From assembly GCA_002633005.1 (NCBI GenBank), contig NMRA01000244.1:364346-428345 (forward strand): 64,000 bases of DNA, read 5' to 3'. Below, piece by piece: positions 61,780-64,000 of the stretch. The stretch's first letter is position 1, and every line of letters begins with the position of its first letter. The stretch comes from Phoronis australis. Lineage: Eukaryota; Animalia; Phoronida. The notes under the pieces are model-generated. The model was not told the origin of the DNA. It saw only the letters and a list, made by a program, of their open reading frames with translations, and did not search any database. A program made the position numbers and the translations under genes.

Positions 61780-63346
61780 CTCACACTGTCTTCTGCAACA
61801 TAAGTCACTGTCATGGAGCTAATCAGTTGTTTCCAGCTACACTGTTACTTTTCCGTGAGTACAATTTTAACGCAAAGACTCTCTATAAAAATGCACTTAA
61901 AAGAATACTAAACCCTGTTTCTGTTATTTCACAATTCTCGTTCCGTCACCTGCTAATGCGTCACTGGCGCACCACTTGAGTGATAAAACAAAATTCAGCT
62001 AAAAGATATATCCTCTCTTTGTCATAGGTTGGATATTTTGGTTCTTGGTGGGCGGTTTTCCCCTACAGTTGTCGTCTAACTTGCCTGAAGAGTATGTCAC
62101 GCTCGCCAGTTTATCATACTCGGTAAGCAATTTTCAAATTTTGGTCCATACTTTCGAGGATAGTCGAGTTTTACAGAGCATTATTTTGTTTCTTAGAACT
62201 GGATGGAAGAGATGTTTTTAAGATCTGTCAATAGGCCAAAACCGGTTTTAATATCCTTCTAAGTAATTACATTTGACGTCTAGGCTTATATAAGGATTTG
62301 CGTGATCATTTTTTTGTCACGTAAAGGCCATCAGCAAAAAGAACACTTTTCTAAATTATACTACGTGCGTGCCCTTATGAAAAGACATTTGAGTACAAAA
62401 CAGTGCTGCACTACTGTAAGATCAGTGCAGAAGTACTGACTTAAATTGAGAAAATTCACGTTTCCAGTAGCAGGTATACTTTTGCTATTGGCGCGTTTCA
62501 GTTAGATATTCAAAGCTAATTCAGTTCTACAGCTCATGTCGGTCAAGATTCATCAGCTGATCAACTGCATGCAAATTTCATGACGAGGAATGCGTTGTCT
62601 GATTGGATGCACAACGGAGAATGAATATTGCAAGTATTTTGCGGAAGTTTCTATGTGAAACCAAAGTACGTAGTAACGAAGCCACTTCTTCCCAAAATGT
62701 CACCCGCCCAGAGCGAAGAAATAAAACAGTGGCACGTTTTTTTTTCTTCTGAATTTGATTCTGTCAATGTGCGCAATTGGGTCCCACTAATTGTGAGTGA
62801 ACGCATTCCGTCATTCAGACATCCTGCTACATTTTGGCAAGTTTTTTGTTTCGTTACATTTACGTATTGTTGCCACAGTAACTCTGAAGCGCTGTCCCGT
62901 CAAGCAATAGCAGTGCCACCACGTGGTGTTCCTTTACAGCGCTACAGCTACACTGTAGCCTATATATCATTTGAGATTCATTGAATAAGGAATGTTTCAA
63001 GCTTAAAATATCTGTCGTTGTTCTCAATTAGCAACGGGTATCACATTTTAAATCCAACACGAGTAATTTTACAAGTCAGCGATTTGTTTCAAATAATGTA
63101 ACTTCCAGATTTACGGAGTAGAGCCGACTTTTACGTTACTATGATTTACAGGGGTCGGATCCATTTAGGTTATTTTCTACAATATAGTAGAAAATGGCAA
63201 ATATCAATAACAATCGACTAAAATGTGCTGGCGAAATAGACTATAAAATAGCAGCAACGTTACCTCTGCTGTGCCTTGCCATAAAAATGGCCGTGGTAGA
63301 AACAGCAAACATTTAGAAACAATAAAAAATCCTCCGTTCTCACGAT

Positions 63347-63359
63347 GTTGCTAAGCAAC
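63347..63359. promoter_or_regulatory. RFX X-box (GTTGCTAAGCAAC)
   Basis: Palindromic match to the GTTGC-N3-GCAAC X-box about 1.6 kb upstream of the ATG; minus-strand donor GAG|gtaacg at 63264 lies just downstream. Confidence 0.6.
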
Positions 63360-64000
63360 GACAGCAGATGTCAAATTTTAGGTAAACCGTGAAGATCTTA
63401 CCTTAAAAGCCGGTTCACACGGGTAACGTGTGTGCACCAAGTGTTTTCTGTTCTACGCCAAGTCAACAATATATTATTATTATGAATTATCTACTGATAC
63501 ATCACAATACAACACAGCAAAGTTACGGCAGCGGTTGAGGTCGTTGAATAACGATGAGGAATGTAAGACAATATTACCTGACTTAATTATTGATAACCCA
63601 TCATGCACAACGACCTATGTTATGGACGAAGAAACCAGCTGCCGTGGGCCTGCGCACGCTCGACGCGTGAATTATTAATGCTTCGTGATATCATTCGTTG
63701 ATTTGGAGCTCTACCATTTTCCATTGTTACGATTATCACCAAGGATTCAATGACGGGCAGTTATTATGAAAATAAGGTACACGTATTAGAAATAGCAAGT
63801 CTTATTTAAATTATCGGCTGCAAACGCTCTTTATCATTTTTTATTTTGTAAACCCCGATAGGATTTTGCAAATTATTTCCAGACGTGCACATGAACCTTT
63901 ATTAGGAGTCAAGTAAAAAGCTTCAAGTTAAAGCTCATGTTTGCCTTTTTCTTGTGGTATAAAATTTTGCAAAATCTGATACTGACGAGAACAACAAAAT

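Overview
Eukaryotic, AT-rich, intron-rich genomic DNA, most likely from a marine bilaterian invertebrate (organism not determinable). Almost the whole window is one very large minus-strand gene. By hand I could chain 40 coding exons with canonical GT-AG sites and consistent phases from an ATG at 61779 (MGSGAS..., N-myristoylation-type start) to position 217. That gives 8027 coding nt (about 2675 aa), and the gene continues off the left edge. Predicted architecture: myristoyl N-terminus, 7 tandem cupredoxin-fold-like repeats lacking the type-1 copper Cys/His/Met loop, a CHB_HEX_C/Fn3-associated-like domain, 2 FN3-like domains, a roughly 1300-aa low-complexity linker with basic amphipathic (calmodulin-binding-like) helices, and at least 3 more FN3-like domains. 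There is an alternative MG-starting first exon and a palindromic RFX X-box upstream, which suggests a ciliary gene. The introns hold a degenerate LINE RT, pogo/Tc1-like and hAT-like MITEs, Helentron/HINE-like elements (one with a phased array of CTCF-like motifs), and many minisatellites, several built from this gene's own splice junctions. Two single-N gaps flank near-identical duplications that are probably uncollapsed alleles. No rRNA, tRNA or CRISPR was found. Domain names come from motif recognition by eye, not from database searches.
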